Assembly (NCBI GenBank): GCA_020436865.1
Contig: JAGQXA010000020.1
Span: 1-27,092, forward strand
Length of the DNA stretch: 27,092 nucleotides
Direction of reading: 5' to 3'
Source: Saprospiraceae bacterium
Lineage (GTDB): Bacteria > Bacteroidota > Bacteroidia > Chitinophagales > Saprospiraceae
Shown here: piece after piece, positions 26,250 to 27,092 of the stretch
How the letters are laid out: each line of letters starts with the position of its first letter
Numbering within the stretch: position 1 is the first letter of the stretch
Made by a program: the position numbers and the translations under genes
Notes under the pieces: generated by a model
Told to the model about the DNA's origin: nothing
The model's database searches: none
Seen by the model: the letters and a program-made list of their open reading frames with translations, nothing else

Positions 26250-26579
26250 TCAATCTTTGAGGCGCCCCAACAGCTCTTCGTAGACTTTCACCCGCTTGCG
26301 GTTCATCCCGAATGAACCATGCCGGGGAGCACTATACACAAAATACAACGCTCCAACTGCCAGGATAGTGGCGGTAAAGGCACTTATCCCGAAGTAAAAG
26401 AGCGAAAAACAGTAAAGCAAGAACCAGGGAATGCCGACCCACAGGTCTCTGTTCATCGCCTGCTTACACTGTCGGACCTTCTCTTCCAATTGGGCCACAG
26501 CGGGCGGGCTCTTCAGCAGTTCTTCCCGTTCTTTCCGCGGAAGCGGGGTCACGATCTGCTCCAGTTCTCTTCGCTTCAC
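26250..26579 (-). CDS. Hypothetical small membrane protein (two TM segments)
   Basis: 109 aa, GTG start; hydrophobic LWVGIPWFLLYCFSLFYFG and ATILAVGALYFVY; 6 bp from ykvA, same strand. Confidence 0.65.
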   Translation of the reverse strand: MKRRELEQIVTPLPRKEREELLKSPPAVAQLEEKVRQCKQAMNRDLWVGIPWFLLYCFSLFYFGISAFTATILAVGALYFVYSAPRHGSFGMNRKRVKVYEELLGRLKD

Positions 26580-26633
26580 TACTTTTAACGGGAAACTTAC
26601 AAATTAATTCGCAATTGAAAACGGCCAAACCGA

Positions 26634-27092
26634 TCAACGGCGCCATTTGTCGGTCAGAAGGGTCTCGACCTGGCCTGCAACCTCCAGGCCGGCATTGCGA
26701 CCCTCGCCTTCGAACAGCAATTTCTCCCCCTCGTACAAGCGCAGCTCGATCCGGGCCTGCATGCTCTCATTCACCTTGCCGGTCATGTTCCCGGAAATGG
26801 GCGACAGCAACACGCCGCCTTCGGCCTGCCGCGCGCATAGTTCCAGCCGGTTCCGCCGGTCGGCAAAAGCCAGGCGCACTTCTCCCTCGCCCAGGATGGC
26901 CTTCATGCGGGCGCCGGTGTAGGTGGCGAAGCGATAAAGCCGCTCGCCATGCAAAAACCCAACGATGTAGCCCACAAACGAGCTACCGAGCCAGGGAATG
27001 TTCGCTACCGAAGCCATGACCGAGGTCCGCCCTTCCGCATCGAAATGGTTGGTCTGCGTCCAGATCCAGGCATTGGGGAACGAACGGCCCCA
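26634..27092 (-). CDS. Tocopherol cyclase-like protein, C-terminal part (5' end outside the window)
   Basis: Frame is open from the edge: WGRSFPNAWIWTQTNHF...SVANIPWLGSSFVG...YRFATYTG...LL.P..G.M...V.ES...GRNAGLEVAG. The track's 27017 start is internal. Confidence 0.8.
   Translation of the reverse strand, partial: WGRSFPNAWIWTQTNHFDAEGRTSVMASVANIPWLGSSFVGYIVGFLHGERLYRFATYTGARMKAILGEGEVRLAFADRRNRLELCARQAEGGVLLSPISGNMTGKVNESMQARIELRLYEGEKLLFEGEGRNAGLEVAGQVETLLTDKWRR

Overview
A 27-kb chromosomal window, roughly 58-60% GC by eye, from a Bacteroidota genome. The assignment rests on a T9SS C-terminal sorting domain, TAnnTTTG promoters, signal peptides with Gln at +1 and a stand-alone atpD-atpC pair; Saprospirales-like is only a guess. 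Gene order: GH3 beta-glucosidase (runs off the left edge); T9SS-secreted Asp-box propeller protein; repeat-containing fibre-like protein; small P-loop kinase divergent from pnuC; small lipoprotein; xth; three tandem exported thioredoxin-fold proteins; TPR lipoprotein; GH25 muramidase; class III aminotransferase; atpD-atpC; an unannotated two-gene unit (about 1430-aa exported protein plus a 252-aa repeat protein); orphan OmpR-family regulator; beta-lactamase-fold lipoprotein; Xaa-Pro aminopeptidase; YkvA; small membrane protein; tocopherol-cyclase-like gene (runs off the right edge). I saw no transposase, integrase, CRISPR array, tRNA or rRNA. Best leads: (1) a gap-free 136-bp direct repeat pair with a GATC-rich nested palindrome that brackets one complete two-gene transcription unit; (2) a kinase resembling eukaryotic nicotinamide riboside kinase beside pnuC; (3) the unannotated two-gene unit; (4) two unrelated proteins that both end in VVKGV inside a shared repeat-like element. 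All alignments and counts were done by eye, and no database searches were run.
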